A DNA stretch of 63,172 nt, the filler included, from an uncultured bacterium (GTDB lineage Bacteria > DAOPZR01), in the NCBI GenBank assembly GCA_964637655.1. It is 10 parts of 10 records of this genome, joined end to end, with 100 filler letters (N's around TTAATTAATTAA, not from the genome) between each part and the next. Parts side by side here need not be neighbours in the genome. Positions count along the whole stretch, not along the records: positions 19,334 to 25,620 come from CAZWUZ010000229.1; positions 25,721 to 31,963 come from CAZWUZ010000230.1; 8 more parts are not named here. The stretch is one strand, 5' to 3'. Each line of letters starts with the position of its first letter. The first letter of the stretch is position 1. Shown here piece after piece: positions 19,653 through 28,802 of this stretch. The notes beneath the pieces are model-generated. The model saw only the letters and a program-made list of their open reading frames with translations, was not told where the DNA came from and searched no databases. The position numbers and the translations under genes were made by a program.

Positions 19653-20984
19653 ATGGCGGAATGTGTCTCCCGTCTCGCGGACGGGATCCTGACGGTTACG
19701 GTGAGCGGGCGGCTCGACGCGGTCGGCGCGAACGCGCTGCAGGCGGCGCTGGACAGCGACGGTAAAAATGCGGCGGCGGTCATCATCGACCTGACCGCGG
19801 TCACCTACCTCAGTTCCGCCGCGCTGCGTGTCTTTACCCGACGGGCGCGCGAACTGGCGGTGCAGGACGGGGTGCTCGCGGTGGCGGGCGCCACGGAGTA
19901 CTGCCGGCAGGTCATTGCCATGGGGGGACTTGACCGCATCCTTGCGCTCTGCACGACGGCGGGTGAGGCGCAGCAGCGGGTGCGGCAGTCCGTCCGTTCC
20001 GCGCAGCCGCTTGCCGGCTGGGACGCGCTCGAAATCCGGCGTGTGGCGCAGGGTGAATTCCGTTTCATGCCGGGTGGCGGCGGCCCGGGCGCGGCGGAAG
20101 TGCTTGGTGATGTGCGCCACGTCCTGCACGCGACGGTCGGCCCGCAGGACATCTCCTCGCGGCGGTTTACCGGCACCGAGTATTCCATCGGCCTTGGCGC
20201 TTTGGGCGACCGCTTCGACGACTACTACCTGCTGCTCGGCGAGATGATGACGATCGGCGGGACCATGGTCTGGCTTCCCACTGACGGCAACGATACGCCC
20301 GACTACCTGATCCCGCAGCGCGATACCGGCGGGGTGACGATCCGCACGGGCTTCAACGTCGCGCTGGCGGGCGGGTTCGACGAACTGGCGATGTTCCGCA
20401 GCGCGCAGCCGGGCGGTACGCCGGTCGGCGACCTCTACCGTGCGCTCTTCGCGCTGGCGCGGGAGCGGCGTCGCGATTTCCGCGGTGCGCTCGGGCTCGC
20501 CGCGCGCGCGGAACTCGGCGCGGTGTACGGGTCGGGAGTAAAAAAGGCGCCGGTGGCGGCCAACACGCCAGCCGATGGCAAAATGATCATCGCGGCGGAA
20601 CACAGCGCCGAGTGGTTCGATTTCGATGCGCAGCCGCGCTACACCGGCGTGACCGGTCTCATCTGCGGTATCGGGGTCGACCTGACTGCCGACCTGTCGC
20701 AGTACGACGCCCGGCAGTTCGACGCGGTTTTCTACCGTAATCCGGCCAACACCGCGGGGCAGGACCAGTTGCTGCATAACCATGCGACGCTGTTCGCGCC
20801 GCTCCCCATGCCGGAACGCGCTGCCGACCTCGAGCGCGAAGTGCGGCGTGTGGTCGCGGACGGTGAGTTTACCGATATGCGGCACCTGCTCGACAATTCC
20901 ACCGTGACGAGTGCGCTGCTCGGGCTGAGTTATGTGCAGGAGTTCCGCCGCGACCCGGCGGGGAATCCGCATGCCGCGGTCTGA
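19653..20984 (+). CDS. STAS domain fused to an uncharacterised ~330-aa domain
   Basis: SGRLDA, IIDLTAVTYLSSAALR STAS motifs; GGAGG RBS. Confidence 0.8.
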   Translation: MAECVSRLADGILTVTVSGRLDAVGANALQAALDSDGKNAAAVIIDLTAVTYLSSAALRVFTRRARELAVQDGVLAVAGATEYCRQVIAMGGLDRILALCTTAGEAQQRVRQSVRSAQPLAGWDALEIRRVAQGEFRFMPGGGGPGAAEVLGDVRHVLHATVGPQDISSRRFTGTEYSIGLGALGDRFDDYYLLLGEMMTIGGTMVWLPTDGNDTPDYLIPQRDTGGVTIRTGFNVALAGGFDELAMFRSAQPGGTPVGDLYRALFALARERRRDFRGALGLAARAELGAVYGSGVKKAPVAANTPADGKMIIAAEHSAEWFDFDAQPRYTGVTGLICGIGVDLTADLSQYDARQFDAVFYRNPANTAGQDQLLHNHATLFAPLPMPERAADLEREVRRVVADGEFTDMRHLLDNSTVTSALLGLSYVQEFRRDPAGNPHAAV

Positions 20985-21798
20985 CGGGGCGGCGGTGACC
21001 TGCCGCCTGTTCCTCGTCGACCTGCGGCTGCCGGAAACAGCGGCGTATGCGGCGCTGCTGTCGGCGGACGAGCGCGCCCGCGCGGCGGCCTATCGTCTGC
21101 CGGGGCACGCGGCGCGTTTTACCGTGATGCGCGGCACGCTGCGCCTGTTGCTGGCGGCGGCGCAGAACTGCGCCCCGGGCGCGGTGCGCATCGACGCGGC
21201 GGTGCAGGGAAAACCGTACACACCGGCCGGGCCGCAGTTCAGCGTCAGTTATCGCGACGGTATCGGGGTCATCGCGCTGTGCGACCGCACTGTCGGCGTG
21301 GATATCGAACTGGCGGCGAATGCGGGGCATATCGCCACCGCGGCGGCAGTGGCGTTCTCCGCGGCGGAACGTGATGTTATCGGCGGACGTGCCGCGCGGG
21401 CACGGCGCGACGCCTGGCTGCAGGGATGGACGCGCAAGGAAGCGCTGGTCAAGGCGTGGGGGACAGGTCTGGGTATGCAGAGCGCCGATGTGCCGGTGGC
21501 GCTGGGCGCGCGCGAGGCGGTTTGCGAGCGTTTCGGGAAACGCTGGGTGACGCGCGACTATGCGCCGGCCGGCGCACCGTGGCGCATCGCGGTGGCGGTG
21601 GAACTGCCCGCGGGGGGCGTGCTGCGGGTGACGCGAACGCCGGCGCCTGCCGCTGCCAGCGCCGCGGTGAAGAACGCTCACGCCGCGAGGAAAGGGCCGG
21701 CGGCGGCGGCTACCGCTTCCAGCGCAACTGGAACTCCAGTTCCTCGCTGTCGCCGCTCCGTTCGTGCTCCACGGAAATCTCCGCGCCGGCGGGGATGA
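20971..21798 (+). CDS. Sfp-type 4'-phosphopantetheinyl transferase
   Basis: LSADERARA, GKP, FSVSY, VGVDIE, WTRKEALVKA.G.GL. Confidence 0.88.
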   Translation: MPRSDGAAVTCRLFLVDLRLPETAAYAALLSADERARAAAYRLPGHAARFTVMRGTLRLLLAAAQNCAPGAVRIDAAVQGKPYTPAGPQFSVSYRDGIGVIALCDRTVGVDIELAANAGHIATAAAVAFSAAERDVIGGRAARARRDAWLQGWTRKEALVKAWGTGLGMQSADVPVALGAREAVCERFGKRWVTRDYAPAGAPWRIAVAVELPAGGVLRVTRTPAPAAASAAVKNAHAARKGPAAAATASSATGTPVPRCRRSVRAPRKSPRRRG

Positions 21799-21925
21799 CG
21801 AGGCGCTCGCCGGCGACCTGCAGGCGGAACGGTTTCCCCGCCGCCAGCGCGGCGCACAGGCGCTGCAGTTTCGCGGCGTACTGCTTCGCCGGGTAGGTTT
21901 TTGTCACATCGCGTTTGCGGGCCAT
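21710..21925 (-). CDS. Amphi-Trp domain protein
   Basis: PFRLQVAGERLVIP..SVEHER..EELEFQLRW; GGAGG RBS; overlaps the PPTase 3' tail convergently. Confidence 0.85.
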   Translation of the reverse strand: MARKRDVTKTYPAKQYAAKLQRLCAALAAGKPFRLQVAGERLVIPAGAEISVEHERSGDSEELEFQLRWKR

Positions 21926-21998
21926 GAGCCACCTCCGTGCGCCGATTGTAGCATGGCGCCGGGTTTGGGTACAGACGGAAACATGCACTCTCATCCAA

Positions 21999-22068
21999 CC
22001 TTCCCCCTCGCAGAGGGGGAAGGCAATCTCCCTCCCCCTCCCGGGGAGGGAGAGGGCAGGGTGAGGGT
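21999..22068. repeat. REP-like palindromic element (CCCTCTCCC/GGGAGAGGG family); relatives at ~50927-50990 and ~56457-56571
   Basis: CCTTCCCCCTC-GCA-GAGGGGGAAGG hairpin plus GGAGAGGGCAGGGTGAGGG, shared with two other contigs. Confidence 0.7.
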
Positions 22069-22095
22069 GGCGAACTCGTTATCAGGAGGAAAAGC

Positions 22096-22596
22096 GTGAC
22101 GCAGCAAATGACCGCGGCCCAGCAGGCGGAATACCTGCACCTCTGCTACTCGCGCGTCGACGGGCTCTGGTTCCTCAAGGTCGAGGAGCAGCTCGGCTTC
22201 GACGCGGCGCTCGAACTCGACGTCGCGGTCTGGCAGGTGCTGCCGAAACTGCAGGCACGCGCGCTCAAACGCCTGCTCGGTCTGAACGACGGGAGGGAGG
22301 CGTTGCGCCTCGCGCTGCAGGAGAAACTGACGCTCGACGGGTTTGCCTTTACCCTGGCGGATACTGCCGACGGGCTCTGTCTCACGGTGCAGGCCTGCCC
22401 GTGGCTGGCATTGCTGCAGAAATCGGGTCGTGAACACGTCGCCGACCGCATCGGCAATGCCATCTGCACGACGGAATATGGCGTTTTTGCGCGCGAGTTC
22501 GGGCTGCGCCTGCAGGAAAACAGCGCGCGCCTCTGCGGCGGCGGCGATGCCTGCACGTTCATCTTTGCGCCCGCGGAAAGGACCACCGACGCATGA
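22096..22596 (+). CDS. DUF6125-like protein (V4R-related, Cys-containing)
   Basis: VDGLWFLKVEEQLGFDAALELD.AVW, CPW, C...C..C; AGGAGG RBS. Confidence 0.75.
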   Translation: MTQQMTAAQQAEYLHLCYSRVDGLWFLKVEEQLGFDAALELDVAVWQVLPKLQARALKRLLGLNDGREALRLALQEKLTLDGFAFTLADTADGLCLTVQACPWLALLQKSGREHVADRIGNAICTTEYGVFAREFGLRLQENSARLCGGGDACTFIFAPAERTTDA

Positions 22597-23819
22597 AAGA
22601 CCAGCCCGCCCCGAAAGGGCTGCACCTGCATATCGGCATCTTCGGCCGGCGCAATGCCGGCAAGTCATCGCTGCTCAACGCGCTCACCCGCCAGCAGGTG
22701 GCCATCGTCTCCCCCGTGGCGGGAACGACCACCGATCCCGTCGAGAAACCGATGGAGATGCTGCCGCTCGGCCCGGTCATCTTTATCGACACCGCCGGGG
22801 TGGATGACGAGGGGGCACTCGGCGCGCAGCGTATTGCCAAGACACGTCTTATCCTCGACCGCACCGATATCGGTATCATCGTCGCCGCCGCGGGACTATG
22901 GGGTGAGTACGAAGAGCAACTCCTCGCGGAACTGCAGCGGCGCGGTACACCGGTGGTCGTGGCGGCTAACCAGCGCGACCGCGGGATGCTGCCGGAAGAA
23001 ACGCGTGCACGCCTGCAGGCGGCGAATGTTGCCGTGGTGCCTACCAGTGCCGACCGCGGCGACAATATCGATGCGTTGCGCGCGGCGCTGCATGCCGTCG
23101 CTCCGGCGGCCGCCGGGCCGCCGCTGCTGGGCGATCTCGTGCCGCGCGGCGAGGTGGCGGTGCTCGTCGTTCCCATCGACCTCGAGGCGCCCGCCGGGCG
23201 CATCATCCTGCCGCAGGTGCAGGCGATCCGCGATCTGCTCGACCACGACTGCTGGTGCGTGGTGGTCAAGGAGCATCAACTCGCGGACGCGCTGGCGCGA
23301 TTCAACCGGCCGCCCGCACTCGTGGTCACTGATTCACAGGCCTTTGCCCAGGTGGCGGCGGTGGTGCCAACGAGCGTGCCGCTCACCTCGTTCTCCATCC
23401 TCATGGCGCGTCTCAAGGGTGACCTGACGGAATTCGCGCGCGGCGCGCGGGCGCTCGACACGCTGCGCGCGGGCGACCGCGTCATCATCGCCGAGGCCTG
23501 CACGCATCATCCCATCGGCGAGGATATCGGGCGGGTCAAACTGCCCGCCTGGTTGCGGCAGCATGTTGCCGGCGACCTCGACATCAGCACGGTGGCCGGG
23601 CGTGATTTTCCCGCCGAACTTACCGGGGTGAAAGTGGTCATCAACTGCGGGGCCTGCATGTGGAACCGCCGCGAAATGCTGACACGGATGCGGGTCTGTC
23701 GCGCCGCCGGCGTGCCCGTCACCAACTACGGGATTGCCATCGCCCGCGTGCTGGGCATTATCGACCGCGCGCTGGCGCCCTTCCCGGCCGCGCTGGCGGC
23801 CTACCGGGGTGAGGCGTGA
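22593..23819 (+). CDS. hydF: [FeFe]-hydrogenase H-cluster maturation GTPase HydF
   Basis: GRRNAGKSS, GTTTDPV, DTAG, GRIILPQVQ, VTDSQ, EACTHH, NCGACM. Confidence 0.96.
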   Translation: MKDQPAPKGLHLHIGIFGRRNAGKSSLLNALTRQQVAIVSPVAGTTTDPVEKPMEMLPLGPVIFIDTAGVDDEGALGAQRIAKTRLILDRTDIGIIVAAAGLWGEYEEQLLAELQRRGTPVVVAANQRDRGMLPEETRARLQAANVAVVPTSADRGDNIDALRAALHAVAPAAAGPPLLGDLVPRGEVAVLVVPIDLEAPAGRIILPQVQAIRDLLDHDCWCVVVKEHQLADALARFNRPPALVVTDSQAFAQVAAVVPTSVPLTSFSILMARLKGDLTEFARGARALDTLRAGDRVIIAEACTHHPIGEDIGRVKLPAWLRQHVAGDLDISTVAGRDFPAELTGVKVVINCGACMWNRREMLTRMRVCRAAGVPVTNYGIAIARVLGIIDRALAPFPAALAAYRGEA

Positions 23820-24130
23820 GCGCCGGCCCCGACCGCGCCGGCTGCCTCATTGCCCTCGGCATCAGTTTCCTGCTCTTCGTTCTGCCGCTGCCGCTCATGC
23901 TGTTGTTTGACGGGTCGCTCTTCCCTGCCGCCTACCCGTTCTTCGGAGTATTGTTCTTCACGCTGATGCTGACCCGCGCCTGGCGCGAGGGTATCATTGT
24001 CGGGCGCTGGAACCGCACCTTCACCCGCACCGGTGAGCCCGCGTCGTTCTGGCTGGGCGTGGCGATGATCGCTGTCGCCTGGCTCGGCTGCTACGTGATG
24101 TACCTCGGCCTGATGTTCACCTGGCCGTAG
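23816..24130 (+). CDS. Small three-TM membrane protein
   Basis: GTG overlapping the hydF stop; hydrophobic segments. Confidence 0.65.
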   Translation: MSAGPDRAGCLIALGISFLLFVLPLPLMLLFDGSLFPAAYPFFGVLFFTLMLTRAWREGIIVGRWNRTFTRTGEPASFWLGVAMIAVAWLGCYVMYLGLMFTWP

Positions 24131-24204
24131 CCGTTGTCGGGCATGATCTGACGTGTTTCCTGAACGTAGTACCAGAGGGGGCAGGGAAGAAGGAAACCTG
24201 ACTG

Positions 24205-24399
24205 CTACTTGATTTCAGGGGCGGGAATCTGCAGATCCCGGCAGATCGCTTTAGCGGTGAAGGTGTTGATTTCCCGGTGACGCGGAACCGTGGTTGATAC
24301 GTTCGCCACGGGATTGCAGTACAGCGTATGTTTTGCTCCTTCACGCTCGAGTGTACAGCCGTGTTGTTACAGGTGACGCAGCAACTCGTGACGTTTCAT
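24205..24399 (-). pseudogene. hicA: HicA family mRNA interferase toxin with premature stop
   Basis: MKRHELLRHL*QHGCTLEREGAKHTLY..TTVPRHREI..AKAICRDLQIP; TAA at 24367-24369. Confidence 0.85.
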
Positions 24400-24614
24400 G
24401 CAGCTACATGCACTACAGCGGAAATAACCTTTCGCCCGCGCGTGACTGCACGACAGCGTCTCCGGTTGGCTTCCAGGATGAGCTCGATGGCTTCGGAAAT
24501 ATTCCGTCGTGCCTCGGCCAAAGTCCGTCCCTGTGAATGTGCACCGGGAATATCCGGCACAAAGGCTGCATACCACCTGCCGCACCTGATGAATTTCACC
24601 TGGTATTCTTTCAT
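24396..24614 (-). CDS. hicB: Short HicB family antitoxin (no DNA-binding domain)
   Basis: WYAAFVPDIPGAHSQGRTLAEARRNISEAIELIL; ATGA overlap with hicA. Confidence 0.9.
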   Translation of the reverse strand: MKEYQVKFIRCGRWYAAFVPDIPGAHSQGRTLAEARRNISEAIELILEANRRRCRAVTRGRKVISAVVHVAA

Positions 24615-24792
24615 CGCTGCCTCCCGACTGGTGTGTTCTTCATGTACGGTTGCTGCAGGGGGCGATTTTATCAGCAATCCTGCTCGTCGTCAAACACGGT
24701 ATGCGCGACCTGCCGACCTGCGGTTGACGGGAGTTCCCCGACGGTGTATAAACCGTGCAGGGGCGGGGAAAACCGCCCTTCGGAGATGACGC

Positions 24793-25620
24793 ATGAGCGA
24801 TGCTGCCGCCCAGCCGGAAAAACCGTCGCATTTCGTTCGCGACCTGATCGACGCCGACCTCGTGTCGGGGAAGCACACCTCCGTGGTGACGCGCTTCCCC
24901 CCCGAGCCGAACGGCTACCTGCATATCGGGCATGCCAAGTCGATCTGTCTCAATTTCGGACTGGCGCGCGACTTTCGCGGCCGCTGCCACCTGCGTTTCG
25001 ACGATACCAATCCGGCAAAAGAAGAACAGGAGTACATCGAAGCGATTGAGCAGGATGTCCGCTGGCTCGGCTTCGACTGGGGCGAGCATCTCTACTACGC
25101 TTCCAACTACTTTGGCAAACTCTACGACTGGGCGGAGGAGCTTATCCGCCGCGGCAAAGCGTATGTCTGCGACCTGAACGCCGACGAGATCCGCCGGCAT
25201 CGCGGCACGCTCAGGGAGCCGGGTACCCCGAGCCCGTACCGCGAGCGCACGCCCGACGAAAACCTCGACCTCTTCCGCCGCATGCGCGCGGGCGAGTTTC
25301 CTGACGGTTCGCGCGTGCTGCGCGCGAAGATCGACATGGCATCACCCAATCTCAACATGCGCGATCCGGTGCTCTACCGCATCGTGCGCGCGCACCATCC
25401 GCGCGTGGGTGACGCCTGGTGCATCTACCCGATGTACGATTACGCGCACCCGCTCTCTGACTACGCGGAAAAGATCACCCACTCCATCTGCACGCTCGAA
25501 TTCGAGGACCAGCGCCCGTTCTACGACTGGCTGCTCGAACGGCTGGCCGAGGGCGGACTGCTGCAGCGCCCGCTGCCGCGGCAGATCGAGTTCTCACGCC
25601 TCAACCTGCCCTACGTCGTC
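24793..25620 (+). CDS. glnS: Glutaminyl-tRNA synthetase (3' partial)
   Basis: [47 protein letters not shown]. Confidence 0.97.
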
Positions 25621-25720
25621 NNNNNNNNNNNNNNNNNNNNNNNNNNNNNNNNNNNNNNNNNNNNTTAATTAATTAANNNNNNNNNNNNNNNNNNNNNNNN
25701 NNNNNNNNNNNNNNNNNNNN

Positions 25721-26577
25721 TCGATGCCCCTGGCGAAGGCGCGCAGCGCGTCGCGGTCAGCCGGCAGCAGGTCCTGCTCCGCCTCGAGCAGCAGCCGTCC
25801 GATGTCCGCCAGTGCCGCCACCGCCTCTGTCCACGTCGGGGCGAGCTGCCCGCCATGCTGGTTGCGGTAGGTGAGGCCGTAGTCGGCGCGCACGCTGTCG
25901 TCGAGCAGCAGCTTCAGGCGCGTGTTTTTCTGATCCGCCTGCTCGAGCAGGTTCTTCTTCAGCGGGTTGCTGAGCAGCCCCTGCAGCGTGTCGCGCACCT
26001 TCGCGTACGTCGCGCCGCTGAACACCTCGTCGAGGCGCGCCTGCACCGCGGCATCGCCCGCCGCGCGCAGATGCAGCGTTTCGGTGGTGAACCAGAGCGC
26101 GAACGCCATCATGCCGATTTCGCAGAATCCGCGCTTGTCGAGCACCGCCAGCGCCTTGGTCTGCAGTTCGTTGACCCGCTCCTTCTCCTCCGGGCTCAGC
26201 GCCGCGCGGCAGGCGAAGGCCGTCGGCAGGAAGGCGCGCACCCCGTCCGCGAGCATCTTCCGCACGGTGATCTCGTAGGGGTTGGTGATGCGCTGCAGCC
26301 GCAGGCGCGGCGGGAGCGCGTCGATGGGGAAATCGGGAAGATAGATATCGCAGCCGCGATGCACCAGCAGGTGCGACAGCCCCTGCTGGTAATTGACGAA
26401 ATCGAACTCGTAATCCTCGCCATAGACCGCGGGGCTGCCCTTCGCCTGCGCCACGCTCGCTTCTGCCCAGGCGCCGTAAAAGACGTTGGACGAGATGGTG
26501 TCGAGGTCGCCCCCGGCATTCTTGCCGATGCCGTCGCGTTCCCCCTTGCCGTGGATAATGAAGATTTTCTTGCGCAT
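25721..26577 (-). CDS. Hypothetical protein (3' partial)
   Basis: Strong GC3 bias; starts MRKKIFIIHG; no family recognised. Confidence 0.7.
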
Positions 26578-26662
26578 GGCCGTCCCCCGGAACCCTGTGG
26601 TGAGCAGATTCCACGATTATCGCTTGTGCGGGTGGAAAGTGCAACTGCGCCGGACGGCAGTC

Positions 26663-28729
26663 CTACTGCGTGAAGGCGGTGCTGGTCATGTTGAAGCGGT
26701 TGGCGTCGGCGTTGCGGTAGAGCCCGAGCTTGCGCTGCGGGTAGTCGGCCAGATTGAAGAGCAGCCAGACCTCGCGGTCGCCGTTGCTGCGGTCGGCAAG
26801 AATCAGCTGCGCCTCCCAGCAGTGCAGCCGCCGCGTCAGGGTGATGCTCGTCTCCTTGAAACGCGTCGCCTGCACGTTCCACACCGTCCCCGCCGACAAC
26901 TGCCAGTAGCGCGTCGGGTCGGGTTCATGCCCCCATTTCCAGGCCATGCCCGCCCCGAGATCGGTGGTGTTCGGCGCTCCCCGCCCGTCAATATGATAGG
27001 CATTGCCGTAGAAGCGCAGGTCGTCATGCACCCGCCAGACGTTCTCGTTCAGCACACGGCTGACCCGGTTCGTCGACCAGTCGTAAAACGCTTCCAGTGA
27101 CACATCGAGGTCGCTGCGCGGGAACCAGAAGGTGCCGAACCGCAGCGGCTGCCAGCGTTCACGCCAGCGGTAAGCGTCCGTCTCGCCGCGGCAGTCGAAG
27201 CCGGCGGTCAGCTGCCAGCGCAGCGTCGGCGCAGGATAGGCGTAGATGCCCGCCTGCAGCTGCGAGCGTTCCTGCCCCGAAAACGGCATGCTGTCGTCGT
27301 TGTTCAGCCGCAGGCGGAAATCGTGCCACAGCCGCAGCGTGTAGGTGTTCGAGAGCAGGTAGTTGATATCGCCGCCCGCCACGAGGCGCGCGGTGCTGCG
27401 GTCCTTCTTGTCCGCCGCGTCGCGCCGGTTTTCCCACTGCTCGTTCAGGCCCGCGTTGAGTGTCAGCGTCGTGCGCGGCGTGACAGTGAAACTGCGCAGC
27501 GCGCGCAGTTCGCCCGTCGCACCGAGCTGCTCGTAGTCGGCCGCCGCGGTGCGCGAGCGCACTAGGTCGGCGTCGAACTGGTAGTACCACTGCTGCCACG
27601 GCAGCGCGTGCGTATTCCAGTGGAAGCGCAGGCGCGGGAGTTCCTCCGCGGTCATGCGGAAACGCGCCTCGCTGTCACTCCACGCGTAGTTCTTCTCCCC
27701 CGACAGGCGCAGGGTGTAGTCGTCGCGCGTCTGGGTGAATGAACTGTAGGCATCGAGGGTGCGCTCGACGCGGTTGGTCAGTCCCTCGTTGTAGTCGTTG
27801 TTGAAATCGTTCTGCTTGAGATAGTTGGTATAGTAGAGCAGGCGCCGCTCGCCGGCGAAATCCTGCCGCCCGTCAAGGTAGAGTTTCCAGTTGTCGTTGC
27901 GCGGCAGGTCGGGATTGTAGTACTTTCCCGTCTGCGCGTTCTGAAAGATGCTCTTCTCCGCGATGTGGTAGAAGTACAGGTAATGCTTGCCCCCGGCCGG
28001 CGTCCAGTCGAGGTCGAGTCCCAATCCCAGCCCGCGCCGCTGGTACCAGTCGGCATAGAGCGTCCCGTCGACGTTGTCAATGTACCCGTAGTAGTCATAG
28101 CCGAGTTTGAGGAAAGTGCCTTCGCGCTTGTTGTATCCCGGGCGCACATGCCAGCGCGCGTAGGGGTCGCGCAGCAGGCGCGTGTAGAAGGGCCAGTAGA
28201 AGACGGGAACCGGGCCCGCCCAGAACACGAGGTTGTAGACACACAGACGGGTGCTCGGGTAAAGGTCAGCCGAGGTGCTGGTGATATGGAAATGCGGGTC
28301 CGCTTCATCGCAGGTGGTCATGCTCACCCGCCGCGCATGTGTGGTCCGCTCCGCCCGCTCAACCCGCGCTGCGTTGAACCGCCACGGCAGGTAGGTCAGG
28401 CGCGCCGTATCGATGGTGCCGCGCTGCCGCCGGGTGTCGTACACCAGCCGGTCGCCATACGTCACCATGCCGGTATCCGCCATCACCACGTTGCCGTCCG
28501 CGGTGAGCATCCCCGCCACCAGGTCGTAATAGACGCGGTCGGCATCCAGCTGGAAATACTGGTAGGTCAGGTGCGGGCGTCCGGTCGCCTCCAGCCCCTG
28601 CTCATGCAGGTAGGTGAGACGGTCGGCATTATCGATGGTCATGCGCCCGTCGTCCGCCGCGGCACACACCGCCGGCAGCAGCACACAGAGCAGCACGCTC
28701 AGGAGACACCCGCGGCAGAGGATACCCAT
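26663..28729 (-). CDS. lptD: LptD-like outer-membrane LPS assembly protein
   Basis: Signal peptide; OstA-like ADR repeats; TTCD..PHF; PVFYWPF; beta-strand C-terminal region with RRLHCW. Confidence 0.8.
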   Translation of the reverse strand: MGILCRGCLLSVLLCVLLPAVCAAADDGRMTIDNADRLTYLHEQGLEATGRPHLTYQYFQLDADRVYYDLVAGMLTADGNVVMADTGMVTYGDRLVYDTRRQRGTIDTARLTYLPWRFNAARVERAERTTHARRVSMTTCDEADPHFHITSTSADLYPSTRLCVYNLVFWAGPVPVFYWPFYTRLLRDPYARWHVRPGYNKREGTFLKLGYDYYGYIDNVDGTLYADWYQRRGLGLGLDLDWTPAGGKHYLYFYHIAEKSIFQNAQTGKYYNPDLPRNDNWKLYLDGRQDFAGERRLLYYTNYLKQNDFNNDYNEGLTNRVERTLDAYSSFTQTRDDYTLRLSGEKNYAWSDSEARFRMTAEELPRLRFHWNTHALPWQQWYYQFDADLVRSRTAAADYEQLGATGELRALRSFTVTPRTTLTLNAGLNEQWENRRDAADKKDRSTARLVAGGDINYLLSNTYTLRLWHDFRLRLNNDDSMPFSGQERSQLQAGIYAYPAPTLRWQLTAGFDCRGETDAYRWRERWQPLRFGTFWFPRSDLDVSLEAFYDWSTNRVSRVLNENVWRVHDDLRFYGNAYHIDGRGAPNTTDLGAGMAWKWGHEPDPTRYWQLSAGTVWNVQATRFKETSITLTRRLHCWEAQLILADRSNGDREVWLLFNLADYPQRKLGLYRNADANRFNMTSTAFTQ

Positions 28730-28802
28730 ACACCCGCCTTATCGGCAGGGGACCCAATACAGTTGACGCGTAGTTATGTGCGGATACAAAAACCCGGCCG
28801 CG

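Noticed and set aside
21710-21798. Functional antisense overlap between the PPTase and amphi-Trp genes
   Set aside because: The PPTase tail is low-complexity run-through beyond the domain, common in high-GC genomes.
24367-24369. Stop-codon recoding in hicA
   Set aside because: The codon is TAA, which ends other genes normally here; a simple nonsense mutation is sufficient.
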